Source: Antedon mediterranea (lineage: Eukaryota > Animalia > Echinodermata). Taken from it: a stretch of DNA of 64,000 bases. A program made the position numbers and the translations under genes. Under the pieces are notes generated by a model, which was not told where the DNA came from, did not search any database, and saw nothing but the letters and a program-made list of their open reading frames with translations. Numbering within the stretch: the stretch's first letter is position 1; the number at the start of each line of letters is the position of its first letter. Where the stretch lies: assembly GCF_964355755.1 (NCBI RefSeq), contig NC_092673.1:33539648-33603647 (forward strand), read 5' to 3'. This document shows, piece after piece, positions 50,506 to 64,000 of the stretch.

Positions 50506-51884
50506 ATTCTTTTATTATTGATTATTTTATTATTGATATATTTGGATATTTCTTAAATAATTTATATAATCTTTTTTTTACTTGTTTTTTTAGTTTTAAA
50601 CATATGTGTTAGAGAAAAGATATTAGTTAAATTGTTGTTTTTTTTTTTGGTTTTTCTAATTGTGTTATTTTATTTATATTTTTTTTTGTTTTTGTTTTGA
50701 GGAGCCTATTCACCACAAGCTTTGCTTTCTTTTAGGCTCCTCCACTTTATATTTATATATTTGTAAACTGAAATAAATAAATGAAAATAAAAAAATGAAA
50801 TTGTGTATGGTTTTATAAGTAAGGGTATTTTCAGTTAATTTTAGCCTCATGTTTAGTTGTTTATGTCAAATGAATTACAATTTTTGATTAATTCGAATTT
50901 TAATTTGTTTTATGAGGGTATTTTATAATAGTGTAGTATATAATTCGCATAACCTTTCCAAACATCCTAATTAAAAAAAATAAATGTTTCATTATTTTTC
51001 TCTAATATATTACCTTTCCATCATTAAAAAAATCTTCTTTTCTACTTTCGAGTAGTACGAGTCGGTCTCTTTCTTCTCTCTCTCTGACCTTTGACCTTAA
51101 CAATTTTCGTACATCGTCATTGACATTTTGTATCGCGAAGTAATGAAGAAGACAGTTCGTGTAACTACTTCAAAATTAAGTAATTGATTTATATCGTATT
51201 CATTCAATCTTCTCCGATCTTGTTTTCTCAATCTATCTTAATAAAGTAATTTTATGGTATTATGAAAAGTCATTGGCCTATGTGAGGATTTTCATTTATA
51301 AGATGGAATAATGTATATAGCTACTCTAATTCCAAATTATAAATAAATAAAATTTGAAAGCAATGGCTTTACTTACGTCGCTGAATCTGCTGAGTTGGCG
51401 ATTGATTGGTTAAATGTCACTCTCTATACAGTACTGACTTTATATGTAGACCCTATAGTGACTGTTTCTTACTAATGCAAATAAAGCTTTTCATTTTAAT
51501 AATTCGGGGTTAATATAATAATAATAATTCGATTATATTGTGTTCTGTCTGAAAAGACGTCGTGACAACAACAAAAAGGACACATGGTTAACATGAAACG
51601 TTCGGATTAGCCCGACAACTTTATGTGCACGTACAAAAGCCGTTGATAGCATGGCAACATTGACGTGCGGCTAGGAAAAGCGTATTGCTATTATCAACAT
51701 TTGAACGCGCGGTAACATTGACGCGCGCGTACAAAAGTTCGTCAATGTTTTAACAACATTTTGACGCGTGTTATTAAAAACTATAAACCACCACCCGATT
51801 TTGTTTGATCAGCACGTTACAATAACCCACGGAATATTTGCGTGTATTTTTTTTTGATATTTTAAATAGAAATTTAACTTGTCC

Positions 51885-52180
51885 GCATCCACGCGCGTCA
51901 CATGCATCTACGTGTGTCACATGCACCTACGCGTGTCACATGAATCTACGCGTGTCACTAACATCTACGCCGCATGTCACATATGTATCTATACGCGTGC
52001 CAAATGCATCTATGCGTGTCACTAGCATCTACGCATGTCACATGCATCCACGGTGTCACATGCATCTATGCGTATCACATGAATCTACGCGTGTCACATG
52101 CATCTACTACGCGTGTCACATGAATCCACGTGTGTCGCATCTACATACATGTGTCGCGTGCATCCACGCGTGTCACACGC
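51885..52180. repeat. Degenerate ~20-bp minisatellite
   Basis: acgcgtgtcacatgcatct-like units, about 14 copies. Confidence 0.85.
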
Positions 52181-53689
52181 GAGGATAAAAATGTTTTAAC
52201 CAGCAGTACTGCTATAGATACTTCCGATAGTTGAGGATACTAGCTCTTGACCAATAGTTTTATGTGTGTGTCACACAATTCATATGACTAGGTTTATGTT
52301 CTATTGAACAAAGTATCACTAGTTTGGAATTACATTTTAGTTTCATGCTGTATTTGGACTCTTGAGTGATATTAAAACGTAATTTTTCCAGTATAGTATT
52401 TCAATATTGATTTTATTTTTAACTTAATACTATGCGATTCTAATTATAATAGCCGCAATAAAACACCTGTTCTGCATGCCCAGCGAAAATCAAACGCGGG
52501 TTTTTTTGTTCTCGTTTATTACAGTGAAATAAGTGTTGTGACGGCTTCTGCAACTACGTCATTTATCTTACAATTGGTTTATAAAAGTAACTCGAGATTT
52601 GATTTGTTGCCAGATGTTTTGCTGTGAAATAAATAATATCTTAGTTATTTTAGTTTAGCCTAACTCTCATTCAAATCTTATTTTATTTCTGTTTTTATGA
52701 CCATTATTTATTTAGTTTCCGTTGCCAATTTCTATATATCCTTTGTCGTATATCTTGTAAATAAAGAGAGCTACTGCACTTGTATTCTTTTGGAAAAAAA
52801 TATTGTTGCTTTGTTTATTTGTATATATCTAGGCAAATTACCAAGGACAACCATCAGTTTATTCCCACCTGACAACTTAGACTTGTTTACGCGTATTCTC
52901 GATTACGTCTGTTCAATAATACGCGACGTGAGTCAGGGCGTTTGAATATTTCTGACTACTGTATGCATTGTTGACATTTTTAGGTTTTTTTTTAAATTCA
53001 ATTAGAGGCAATGTAAAAATTTAGTAGGTGACCCAATCTAGAAATTTTAAAGATGCATTGTCCCCAACAAACATGAAAATTAATAAATCAGACTTTGAAT
53101 TTGGTAGTTCTAACAAAGTTATTCACTTCCCGTAGAAAAAAACTGAAAACAATAATGTTTTCAGTTATGAAATGAAAAAATAAACAGTTGAATTCAACCA
53201 GAAACCCAGTTGCTGGTACCCAATTTGACTATTTTGTGCATAAAATTAGTTTTAAGTAAATTTTTTTTTTTTTAGTAACATTTTTGGTCAAAGTGATTAA
53301 CTATTATGTGACATTAAAATGGAATATTCCACAAAAAAATGTAAAAAGATATTTATTCAGGGTGACAATACATTAAGAAATACTTTACGAAATCATTTTT
53401 CCAATTGACACAAAATAAAATAAACCCTTAACACTCTATTCTCTCCGAAAGTTTTAATTTTATAATAGAATATTTTATATTATTCACGTATTCCGAGCTG
53501 AGAATATTATAGTATTAGTAATTTACATTTCACTGTAGCAAAGGCGTCATAGCAAAAAGAAATGGCAGAATTGTGTGCGCAATAATTGTTTAGAAGATAT
53601 TCTATATTATCTTAATCTTTAAAAAAAAACAATTGTAAAGGTGGGCGATATATTAAAGGGCATTGTCTTGAGAAATACGTTTTTTCTGC

Positions 53690-53967
53690 TCACTGACGTC
53701 ATGATATTGAACAGCGCCACCAAAGGATTATAATAGTTGTTCCATGGATAAATAAATAAGTTATTTTCCCATAGTGGTTGAAAGAACAGTAATTACAATC
53801 GGAAGATTAGGCCAGAGACACTGTATAATCACTGACGTCATGATATTAAACGGCGCCACCAACGGATTATAATAGCTGTTGCATGTAGAAATAAATAAGT
53901 TATTTTAATGGTGGTTGAAAGTAGAGTAATTACAATTGTGACATTAGGCCAGAGAGACTGTATAATC
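53690..53967. repeat. Two-copy tandem duplication (~140 bp)
   Basis: tcactgacgtcatgatatt..gcgccacc..ggattataatag..attaggccagaga..ctgtataatc at ~53690 and ~53829. Confidence 0.85.
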
Positions 53968-55114
53968 GTTGAGAAAATGATGAGTGAAAGCAAGTGGTAG
54001 CCATTTTAGAGTGAAACACGCACAATTAAACGAGAAATGAAGAAATGTGTTTTGTTAATGATGCTCGTATATTATACATTATGATCTAATAATAATACTA
54101 AGATCGGACATTGCACTTTTAACGTAATCGACAGACTGCTATAAGTGGTACTCTCTGTGAGGCAGTTAAGGCCGCCCATACTCGTGACGTAGGAGGGGGG
54201 GGGGTTGTCGTTATCGTTTGAGATAAACCCAAACACTCAAACATTAATTAATATTAATAATAATATTGATTCGGTCAACAATGAAAAATAACCAGGCTAA
54301 AGCTCAAGCAGATTCTGCACTCACTCCATAAAAATTCAAACAGTTAAAATATAACCTTAATTAAAATTAAACACTTGTAATACAAATAAAACTATACATA
54401 ACATGAAATAAAGTGTTTTGTTAAAGCAGCCTTAAATATTGAATTGTGTGTGTTATGTCATATTTGGTATGTGCTCCCATAGGAAAGGAAACAAATACAG
54501 AATTATGAAAAGTATTGCCTTTCGATTTCCAACGTAAAAGCCTACACGGACATCTTTCACTAGTGTTAATATACTCATTGAAAGAATGAGGACAGTGACC
54601 ATTCAACACCTTAAATCCTAATAATCCTTGGCCACTAAAAAAATAAAATAAAATAAATAAATAAAAGTCTAATTTAAAACAAGTCTTCAATAGATTATAT
54701 TTCTAGCACTTTTAATCTATCTTTTTTAAACATCATTTCTTGTTGCTTTCCTTTGTATACTTTCTAATCTATTTAAATCTATTAATTTGAGACTTCTCAA
54801 ACAGTACACAAATTGAACAACAAATCGGTAACCACTGGAAGTAATACAGCTTTTGTATAAGTTCAAAATAGCTAACCAGGACATATTTTACTATTTGAAA
54901 TAAAACCAAAAGTAAGGAATTATTATTTTTAACAATTATGTTTGTGTCGTTTTATGTCGGTAGGCCTATCTATATTGCACAACATGTAGACATACAATCT
55001 CAAACATTGTCTGTAATTTCAAGTAGGAACATCTGAGCCTATCTTCACTCAATAACAAATAATCTTGAATCATGAATTATTACCATGATTGTAAATCAGT
55101 TCTTCCCTTTTACT

Positions 55115-55925
55115 TCAAGTTGAATCTGTATCTTCTTTAACGATCAAAATAGCTGATGTTCTTTCGAGTCTCGAAACAGGTTGGTACGTAAAAGAACTAC
55201 GTGGCGTTCGTTGACTGTTGTTCCCGCCGCCGGTGTTGGCGACGCGTCCAACGTAACTGGAGTTTGTTGCGCGACGCGTCAGCTGCATACCTTGTGCACT
55301 CATTATAGACGGCTTGCTGAAATATTTCGGAAATATCGCTGCCAACAGCATACGAGCATGTTTCCTAAAGTTTGGATTCAAAATAACGTATGTAACTGTA
55401 TCGACTATACAATTACTCATTGCTAAGCATTCCACAATGTAGAAGCCGTAATATACCAAATGATCCGTATGCGTAAACAAGAGCATGACGTCACGAAAAA
55501 AAATGAAACTGTAATATGGTCCAAAGCAGACGGCAAACGTTACCACCAGTATAATGAGCATGCGCACACTTCGTTTTTTCGACTGTTCGGAGGCTGCAGC
55601 CTGCTGAGCAGTACATTGGTTGCCTGGAATGTTCCTGAACCATAGTTTAACAGCGATTCGAGAATACACGGCAGTCATTATAATCATAGGTATAATAAAA
55701 GCAATTATTATTAATGTTAACGTGTAGTTGCGCAAGTGATGTCCGTTTGTCCAATCTCCCAAACACTGTTTAATCGTTCCGTCATCTTTGTGAATTTTTA
55801 AAACGGCTGTATTTATTAATGTTGGTATTGCCAGGCAGAATGAGAATATCCAAACGAAAGCAATGATGATAATAGTGCACAGCCGTGTCATGCGCGGTCT
55901 CAGCGGATTCATAATGATTACATAC
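55115..55925 (-). CDS. Prokineticin receptor-like class A GPCR, last coding exon (end of TM3 to C-terminus)
   Basis: Acceptor ttctttttctctcag splits the DRY motif (R|YVIIMNPLRPRM); YSRIAVKLWF, FAVCFGPYYSFIFFRD and FYIVECLAMSN resemble vertebrate PROKR1/2; I found no TM1-3 exon in the window. Confidence 0.85.
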
Positions 55926-56231
55926 CTGAGAGAAAAAGAAAGAAAATGTTAACGTTTAAGAATACGTCGATCGAAAAGTTTATACAAAGTTATTATTCTG
56001 TCGAGAATATAGATAAATATGCATTTGTTTTGTAGAAAAAAGAAATTAGGACAGTTTTCATTTAAGAGCTACAGAATAACCATATATATACTGCTGTTGT
56101 CTTTGACGACGAAAATAATATTTTTATCAAATGATGTCATAATAACATTGCTGTATACATCGCCGCAATATTATTGCCCCTCGTGATGTCATTTTATTAG
56201 ACTTCAGACAGAATAAATGGTTATCAATTGT

Positions 56232-56865
56232 TTGCTTGTTGATCGGTTGGTTTAGTTGTTGAACGGTTAGTTTAGTTGTTGAACGGTTAGTGTGGTTGTT
56301 GTACGGTTAGTTTGGTTGGTTTGGCTGTTGAAGGGTTAGTTTGGTTGTTGATCGGTTGGTTTGGTTGTTGATCGGTTGGTTTGGTTGTTGATCGGTTAGT
56401 TTGGTTATTGATCGGTTAGTTTGGTTGGTTTGGCTGTTGAAGGGTTAGTTTGGTTGTTGATCGGTTAGTTTGGTTGTTGATCGGTTGGTTTGGTTGTTGA
56501 TCGGTTAGTTTGGTTATTGATCGGTTAGTTTGGTGGTTGATCGGTTAGTTTGGTTGTTGGTCGGTTAATTTGGTTGTTGATCGGTTAGTTTGGTTATTGA
56601 TCGGTTAGTTTGGTTATTGATCGGTTAGTTTGGTTATTGATCGGTTAGTTTGGTTGTTGATCGGTTGGTTTGGTTAATGATGGGTTAATTTGGTTGTTGA
56701 TCGGTTGGTTTGGTTATTGGACGGTTAGTTTGGTTGATGATCGGTTAGTTTGGTTATTGATCGGTTAGTTTGGTTGTTGATCGGTTAGTTTGGTTATTGA
56801 TCGGTTAGTTTGGTTATTGATCGGTTAGTTTGGTTATTGATCGGTTAGTTTTGTTGTTGATCTGT
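56232..56865. repeat. 20-bp minisatellite in the GPCR intron
   Basis: ttgttgatcggttagtttgg repeated about 30 times. Confidence 0.95.
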
Positions 56866-57300
56866 TTTGTCTTGTGTTAATCCTTTGATAATATAATAGT
56901 CTTTCATTTTAATGTATAGGCCTATAACATAAACTGTAAGCCTACCAGTAATAAGCAATATTTTATCATAACAAATAGAGTGCAGAACGAAATTAATTTT
57001 GATAAATATATACAATAATAATTATATATTGAGATAAGCTGATGTTTATGTTGTAAAATATATGTAAATGTGTGTAAATGTCGTGTTTCACTGGAAAAAC
57101 ATGCACACGTTTTTAAATGCTCATCCCCAAGGACATGTGACGTCACAATGGACGCATATCCCGGGCGTTTCGGAGGGTGCCAGGGTGTTTTCAAGGTATT
57201 GCCTCATCCCAAAAATCTCCCAACCCCTCCAGCACATGCAGGCCATCTTCCTAATTCTCACAATCAGACTGTCATTCGAGGTACAGTACTATATTATAAG

Positions 57301-57895
57301 TTATTACCTCCGCCAAGGAGGTTATGTTTTCACCCCTGTATGTTTGTGTGTGTGTTTGTGTGTGTGTCTGTGAACAGCCTGGAGGCCACAGTTTTTATCC
57401 GATTCTAACCAAATTTGGACACAATGATCTATGCCCAAAAAGCTCGGACGAGTTCGAATTTGAGGGGGAAAAGGGAAAGGTCATAGGTCAAGGTCACAAC
57501 TAACAAAAAACTATTTTACTGCCTAGAGACCACAGTTTTGATCTGATTCTCACCAAACTTAGACACAATGATCAATGACACATCATATAATTGTGGTTAA
57601 ATTTTGAAGGGTCAGGGTCAAAGATCAAGGTCCACAAAAAACAAAACAAAAAGAAATAAAAAAATAATTAAAAAAAAAAACCCCTCAGTGGGACTTGAAC
57701 CAGCGATCTCAACTGTGAGAGGCTGGATACATAACCATTACACCACACTGTCATCCACAACTTTGTAGTGTGCAGTTAACATATTTACACTTAGAACTAA
57801 TAAAAAAAAATGTAAAAAAAAATATTCAGGGGGAATTTTATGTAGGGGAATTTTACAGTAGGCGGAGGTTTGTACTCTCGGAGTACCCTCTAGTT
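57301..57895 (+). mobile_element. Helentron-associated non-autonomous element (HINE/DINE-1-like), copy 1
   Basis: Sub-TIR acctccgcc ... ggcggaggt, 5' microsatellite (gt/gtct), 3' hairpin gtactctcggagtac, ends ctagtt in T-rich flanks. Confidence 0.8.
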
Positions 57896-59820
57896 ATTAT
57901 TGTTTTCCTGTCACGATGATGAAGGAAGGCCATGTGGTGTTGTATGCATGGATTGTATTTAAGCTATATTTAACTATGTAGTAAATTATAGAACAGGCTG
58001 TTTAAACACATTAATATTAATTGATCGTTTTCATTACAAACTTGTTATTTTACTTATATAATGATGAATTATTAATAAGTATTTTAATTTGATCAATATT
58101 ATTATCAAAAGATGCGATTATTTTTTCTCCTTGTGGTGGTAATATTTTAGCCTTGTAAGCATTACCGGCGACAAATCCTCTTACTGTACAGGATAAACAT
58201 CCTTTTGATTTTATTTACTTTGTGATTTTTTAGTGAAATTGAGGGCTAAATTTTCCTGTAAAAATAGGATTAATTTGATTGTACTCAAACTAGACCTTCA
58301 AACTGTTTTTGTCATGACTTTTTTTTTATTTTATTTAATAATTATATACAAATGTATTTTTTTCTTTTGTTTATGAGTCTTGTGTGACAAGTAATCTCTT
58401 CTTGCAAGATCCTCTATTAATGGTATTGTTTGTATTTTCTCATTATAAATTATCATTCTTTTTATTGCATTGATACCATTGATAGAAACTAATAAATGTT
58501 GAATTATTATTATTTGATAACTTTTTGTATACAAATACATGCATGTTCAAGGATCTGTGAAAGTATAGCCTAGACCTGCTGAGATTAACATTTTACAAAT
58601 GGTACATTATTGCACTGTGATATGTTGCCAACTCTATTCATACACACATTTTGAGTAAGATATCGTACTTATTTTACGACGCTCTTCACGTTAGGCCTAC
58701 GAACGAAATCATTAGTAGCCAGCCTATAGCCTAGCATGAGAACTAGATAGGCCTACTCGGGTGAGGTTAAGACGTGTTTCTTCACTCGATTCCTCGACAA
58801 ATTTTAGGCTGATTTTTAGACCATCACAAATCGAACATTTCTTATTTATACAAACGTGATGACAAATCAGTTATATTTTGTAATATCTATGACAACCCAG
58901 TGTTGTCCTTTTAATCTTAATCAACTATAGTGTTGTTCGGCCTAAAGCCTGAGGCTTACTAGCATACTTAACCAATCAAATGTTACAGAATATGAGACGA
59001 GCAAGATCAAGCAAGTCCCTGTAAATACATTTAAATCAAGAGCAGAAGGCTACCATTCAGTATGAAATTACTGAAACTATGATATTGTTTTTACAACAAA
59101 AATATTTATACTAATAGTAGTAAACTCTCCCCGTCATCCCCCTCCCCCTTGAAAAAACACCCGAGGACCCCCGGACAGTGTCCGATTTTGATCTTAAAAT
59201 GTGCAACAATACCAATAGTGTAGGCCTGGCATATCAAGTGATCGAGTGATAGTGATCTTTAAAATGTATTCGTGTAATGGAATTTTGAACAATATTCGTG
59301 GAGCAGTCTATTAAAAAATGTTCAAGATTTAGGGCATTAATATTAATATGTAATTAATACAATTGTATTGATCATAAACTAACTTTAACAATAGTTTGGT
59401 AAAATGAAATAGATAAACAGAGTGTTTGGGATAAATAGTACAAAACTAATACTTAAACTAATAGTAGTATTAATAATATAGCAAATTTCATATCACAGCT
59501 TGCTTTAGAATATTATAATATAATAATCTTAACTCATTGTTGTGCATTTTAGGTAAAATATGATAATGAAATATTGCAATTTTTATATACAAAATGCAAT
59601 GAATATAAAATTATTGAGTATTAGTCCTATCAATATAATTAGAAAAAGTCAAGCACTTTATTTTGAATGTTTGTTTATCATTGATTTATCTCAATGTTTT
59701 TTTTGGAAATATCAGTATTTCAGCGCACGTTTTAATACTCTTTACAAGCTGTTAATGCAATACTGTTTCTTTATTTGACGAACAATAAATAATACAGCAG
59801 TTAATATCAGTTTGTCATAA

Positions 59821-60397
59821 TTACCTCCGCCGAGGAGGTTATATTTTCACCCCTGTATGTTTGTGTGTTTGTGTGTCTGTGAACAGCCTGGAGGCCACAG
59901 TTTTTATCCGACTCTCACCAAATTTGGCAACAATGATCTATGCCCCAAAAGCTCGGACGAGTTCGAATTTGAGGGGAAAAGGTCATAGGTCAAGGTCATA
60001 GGTCAAGGTCACAACTAACAAAAAACTATTTTACTGGCTAGAGACCACAGTTTTTATCCGTTTCTCACCAAACTTTAGCTACAATGATCAATGACACATC
60101 ATATAATTGTGGTTAAATTTTGAAGGGTCAGGGTCAAAGATCAAGGTCCACAAAAAAAAAAATAAATAAAAAAATAATAAAAAAGAAAAACCTCAGGACT
60201 TGAACCAGCGATCTCAACTGTGAGAGGCTGGATACATAACCATTACACCACACTGTCATCCACAACTTTGTAGTGTGCAGTTAGCATATTTACACTTAGA
60301 ACTAATAAAAAAAATGTTAAAAAAAATATTCAGGAGGAATTTTATGTAGGGGAATTTTACAGTAGGCGGAGGTTTGTACTCTCGGAGTACCCTAGTT
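59821..60397 (+). mobile_element. HINE copy 2
   Basis: Near-identical direct copy of 57301-57895. Confidence 0.8.
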
Positions 60398-61077
60398 TCT
60401 TCTTTCTTAATTTGACAAATGTTAAGTATGATTATTTTATGCTGGTTCGTGTTTTTAAAAAATTTTATATTAATATTATACTAAATAACCTCTTTTCAAG
60501 TACCTTGACCTTGTGTTTTATATTAACTTTTTAAATTATAAAAACACTCGCAGAATCTAAATTAAATTAATTTAGGATTTTAAAATTAACTTTCACCTTT
60601 ATAACCTCAGGGATCAGGACTCGAGTTCAGCTCCGGTTAATTTATTTATCATATAGATTGATGCACCTTCAGTTAAAGGGGTTTTAAAAAATTCGTTTTC
60701 AGCAGTCTAAATTCGATTGAATGTATGAGATGCTGTATTTTTATTTATTTTTTATTCACTTTCAGTAATTATATTTCGTAAGGATCGCCATATTTTGAAT
60801 TATGGTTTAAAAATGTCGTATTTAGGCCAACAAGGTTTCTGTTCCGCAGTGGGTATAATCATGAAGACGTGGTCAGCATTAAAGAATTCAGTGATGGCCA
60901 TCGATTACTTTATAAACTGTGATGTAGATTTAGTAGACTTAAAAATAGTTTTTAGAAAACATTGTGTATAGTAAGTAGATATATTTCAAAGGTTATCTGC
61001 AAAAAGCTCAATCAATTAATGCCACTTTTCTTGTTTATATAGCATTATGCTCTATAGTCTACGTAGTGCCACATTAG

Positions 61078-61223
61078 ACCAATTGCCATCCGGCCAATTG
61101 CCACCCGGCCAATTGCCATCCGGCCAATTGCCACCCGGCCAATTGCCATCCGGCCAATTACCACCCGGCCAATTGCCATCCGGCCAATTGCCACCCGGCC
61201 AATTGCCACCCGGCCATTTGCCA
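61078..61223. repeat. 15-bp minisatellite
   Basis: ccaattgcca(t/c)ccgg repeated about 10 times. Confidence 0.9.
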
Positions 61224-64000
61224 CACCACTGTATTATTTTTTTTCCTATTATGTTAAGGCAGAAACTACAGAGGGCCTATGAATATTCATGATGTGACGG
61301 AAAACCATGGGAATAGATTTCACGTGGTAACCGAAAATGATCTCTCGCCGCACCTACGTACGTATAGTATCAAATATTGAGTGTAAATGAAATTGATAAA
61401 GAATTTGGACCTGTAAAGGACCTGTTGCCACCTAGGTCCTTTCCACCTGCTTTTCATTTTAAAGAACAATTATGATGGGAACTGGCAAACTGGCGTAATT
61501 TGCGACAAAGGCGCGTAGCGTCTCTGTGCTAATATATAGGTTTATCATTTTCCCGGCTCTCAGTACAGTTATTTGTGACTGGGGAAGCCAATGCATTAAA
61601 CCCGCTAGGATGCACCTGTCTATAACCAACTGTTACAATAATTAGGCCTATTTTGCGATTTAAAACAAAATCTAATATACAATATAGAGATAATTAGGCC
61701 CTATATTCTCATCCAGTTGAAATGTTATACTGATTAATGTTAATTAAACAGTTGTATAAAATTGTCTTTACAAATTGTTTTGTGACAGTCAATTGAAGAT
61801 CATAGCATTTTGTCGTGAAATCAGTAACGAAATCGATATAAATGTATTTAGACAAACACAAACCAAGTGATAAACAACATGGGCATACATGATATGTTAC
61901 TTTTATCGGAAAATAGCCCTAACAGTTTAAACATCTGGGTTGTCTGTAGGCCTACTATTCCATAGAAAAGCAATGTAGCTAAAATGATTTCTGTTTCTGG
62001 ATTGAGACAACAGCGTCCATTTTAATTCAATTGTAGGCCTAATTAACAAGTGAAAACGTTTATTCAATTACTAATAAAAGCAATGCTAAACCTAGCTTTA
62101 TTTTACCAAGGCAATTTACTAAGTTTCCGTTTTAGGCCATGGAATTTGGCCCATGGTAAATCAGTAGTGTTAAAGGTGTTCAGACTACGTGTCGTAATCA
62201 CTGATCGTGATATTAGCCGTTGTTCACTGGAAAGCGTCAAAATCACTGATGCATCATGAAGGGCGTTAGTAAATTCTATAATGTAACTTCTAATGCTCTG
62301 TCTACAAAGTATAGACAGAGATTGATGTTTGCGTTATGAACTCCTGATTTTTACTACTGGCTACACTGATGAATAATTTATACATATAAAGTCCTAGGTC
62401 ATATGTCGTCGCAAATCTAAAGCTATCTAATCTCCCCCACTACGCAACGCAATGACGTATACGCAACACAAGTATTTGGACCAATCACAAGCGATATTTC
62501 GGATGATCCGTTGCTTGTGATTGGTCAAATCACTTTCCATCCCGTCACAAACTTTTGTTATAGTGATTATTTATTGTAAAAATAGACGTTTGCTTTTCAT
62601 TGTGGTCTCATAGATCTTAATTGAACTATCCGTTAGCTCCCAGCTTGTAGAATTAACCACAAATCAGTTTTAGTTAAACTTTTCTTTGATAATGTTTAGA
62701 ATAAGATAATACAGTACATTAAAACGACACTTTAGGGAAACATTAAGACATACACAGCGTAACATTAAATTAAACACGTTTCAAGTTGAGTTAAAGCCTT
62801 TCTTATTTCATTGCACCACATTAAACAATATTGCTATATATCTTAATTTAGTATATCAATGTAATTTACACGAGTGCGTCAACAACAATTCCTCACGTGA
62901 CTGAAGTAAATTAGGAATAATAATATATTTATGAAAAAACGATGAATCCTTAGAAATTAAATATTTTTATAATTGGTATCTGAAAACGAGTAAAATATTA
63001 ATATTGTTTTTATTTATTTACTTTATTATTCGTTCGGTTTTTATATTTATGTGTCTCGTAACTTGCCTTTTGATGTTAAAGTATCAATAATTATGTTTTC
63101 CACTGCCACAGGGTATGAGATTTGATTATAAGAAGTTTGCCCAAATATGTAACGTTGCATAATTTAACATTCGTCACGGTGATATATGGAAGGCTCCGAG
63201 CGACAAAACATGGTTTATTAATTCAAAAATGCAATTTAAACCAAAATATGAAATATATTATATGAAAGGTACCTGCAAAATAATTTAAATTGTAATTTTA
63301 AATTCATCAAGTGTCCTTGGGACGTTTAAAATATCATTGTTAGTTTGTGACCGCAAATACTTATTAATGCTAATCTTTAAGATTGGACAATTTGTACTTT
63401 GTATCAATTTGCTTATTATAATTCAATATATTTTATTTATTTATTTTGTTTAATTTATTTTTGTTGCTTTATTTGCGCAACACAAAACTAACAAGAAACG
63501 TATATACATGAAATTCTCGATCACTACACAAACTACACTAAAGCTCTGTCGACACTATCAAACTTTATGTTTTAAAAAAATGTGATGTGCCCATATATGG
63601 ACATGATGATGTCATATCACCACCATCTTTCATATCACTACCATATTTGGGCACATCACACTTTTTTTGTCAAACTATAGTTTGGAAATGTAGATTGTCA
63701 TTTTGGTCGCTGTCGCAGCACTGTAAATGGTTTTCGTTCGATTTCGGTCCGTAAATCGTTGTACAGTATTTTTTTAATTTTATTATATTCATTTATTCAT
63801 TCAATCGATTTCGGAATCTCTGGTCTTTAGAAAGTAAACATTTTTTGTAAAGTTCTTACATGCATTTATATGTTTATAAATATTAAAGAGTAATTTAAAC
63901 GGTTACATTATATCGTTCGATCCGTTATCTAAAATTAAAAATACATTTTCTATGAACGGACTATATTTTATTAATGATATTATATATACTAGTAATTATG

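Larger units (their letters stand above)
46300..50800 (+). mobile_element. Near full-length decayed non-LTR retrotransposon (CR1/L2/Crack group)
   Basis: ORF1 plus APE-RT ORF2, 3' stem-loop gaggagcct...aggctcctc (50699-50741) and A-rich tail at ~50770-50800; 5' boundary approximate. Confidence 0.9.

Noticed and set aside
51838-52188. His/Cys-rich 116-aa ORF
   Set aside because: Arises from the ~20-bp acgcgtgtcacatgcatct repeat.
61047-61292. Proline/glycine-rich protein ORF (GQLPP repeats)
   Set aside because: Translation artefact of a 15-bp minisatellite; no splice or homology support.

Overview
AT-rich, intron-containing animal genomic DNA, probably an invertebrate deuterostome such as an echinoderm (inferred from gene content and TE types, not proven). 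It contains three host genes. (1) A complete 5-coding-exon MTERF3 gene (+, 3919-6552, ~412 aa). (2) A DUSP12/YVH1-like dual-specificity phosphatase (+, from 12219) whose C-terminal zinc domain is not visible; in-phase downstream exons may instead lead to a restriction-endonuclease-like tail (32931-33260). (3) The last exon of a prokineticin-receptor-like GPCR (-, 55115-55925). The rest is mostly transposon-derived: an internally deleted Gypsy LTR element with a tRNA-Pro PBS just behind the MTERF3 stop codon, a near full-length decayed CR1/L2-group LINE, tRNA-derived SINEs, two Helentron-type HINE copies carrying a tRNA-like cassette, and many MITEs (Mutator-, Ginger-, Kolobok-, Harbinger- and pogo-like). 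A 6.7-kb array of 71-bp units contains an exact 2265-bp (32-unit) higher-order duplication. No CRISPR array, rRNA or prokaryotic system is supported. All calls were made by eye without database searches.
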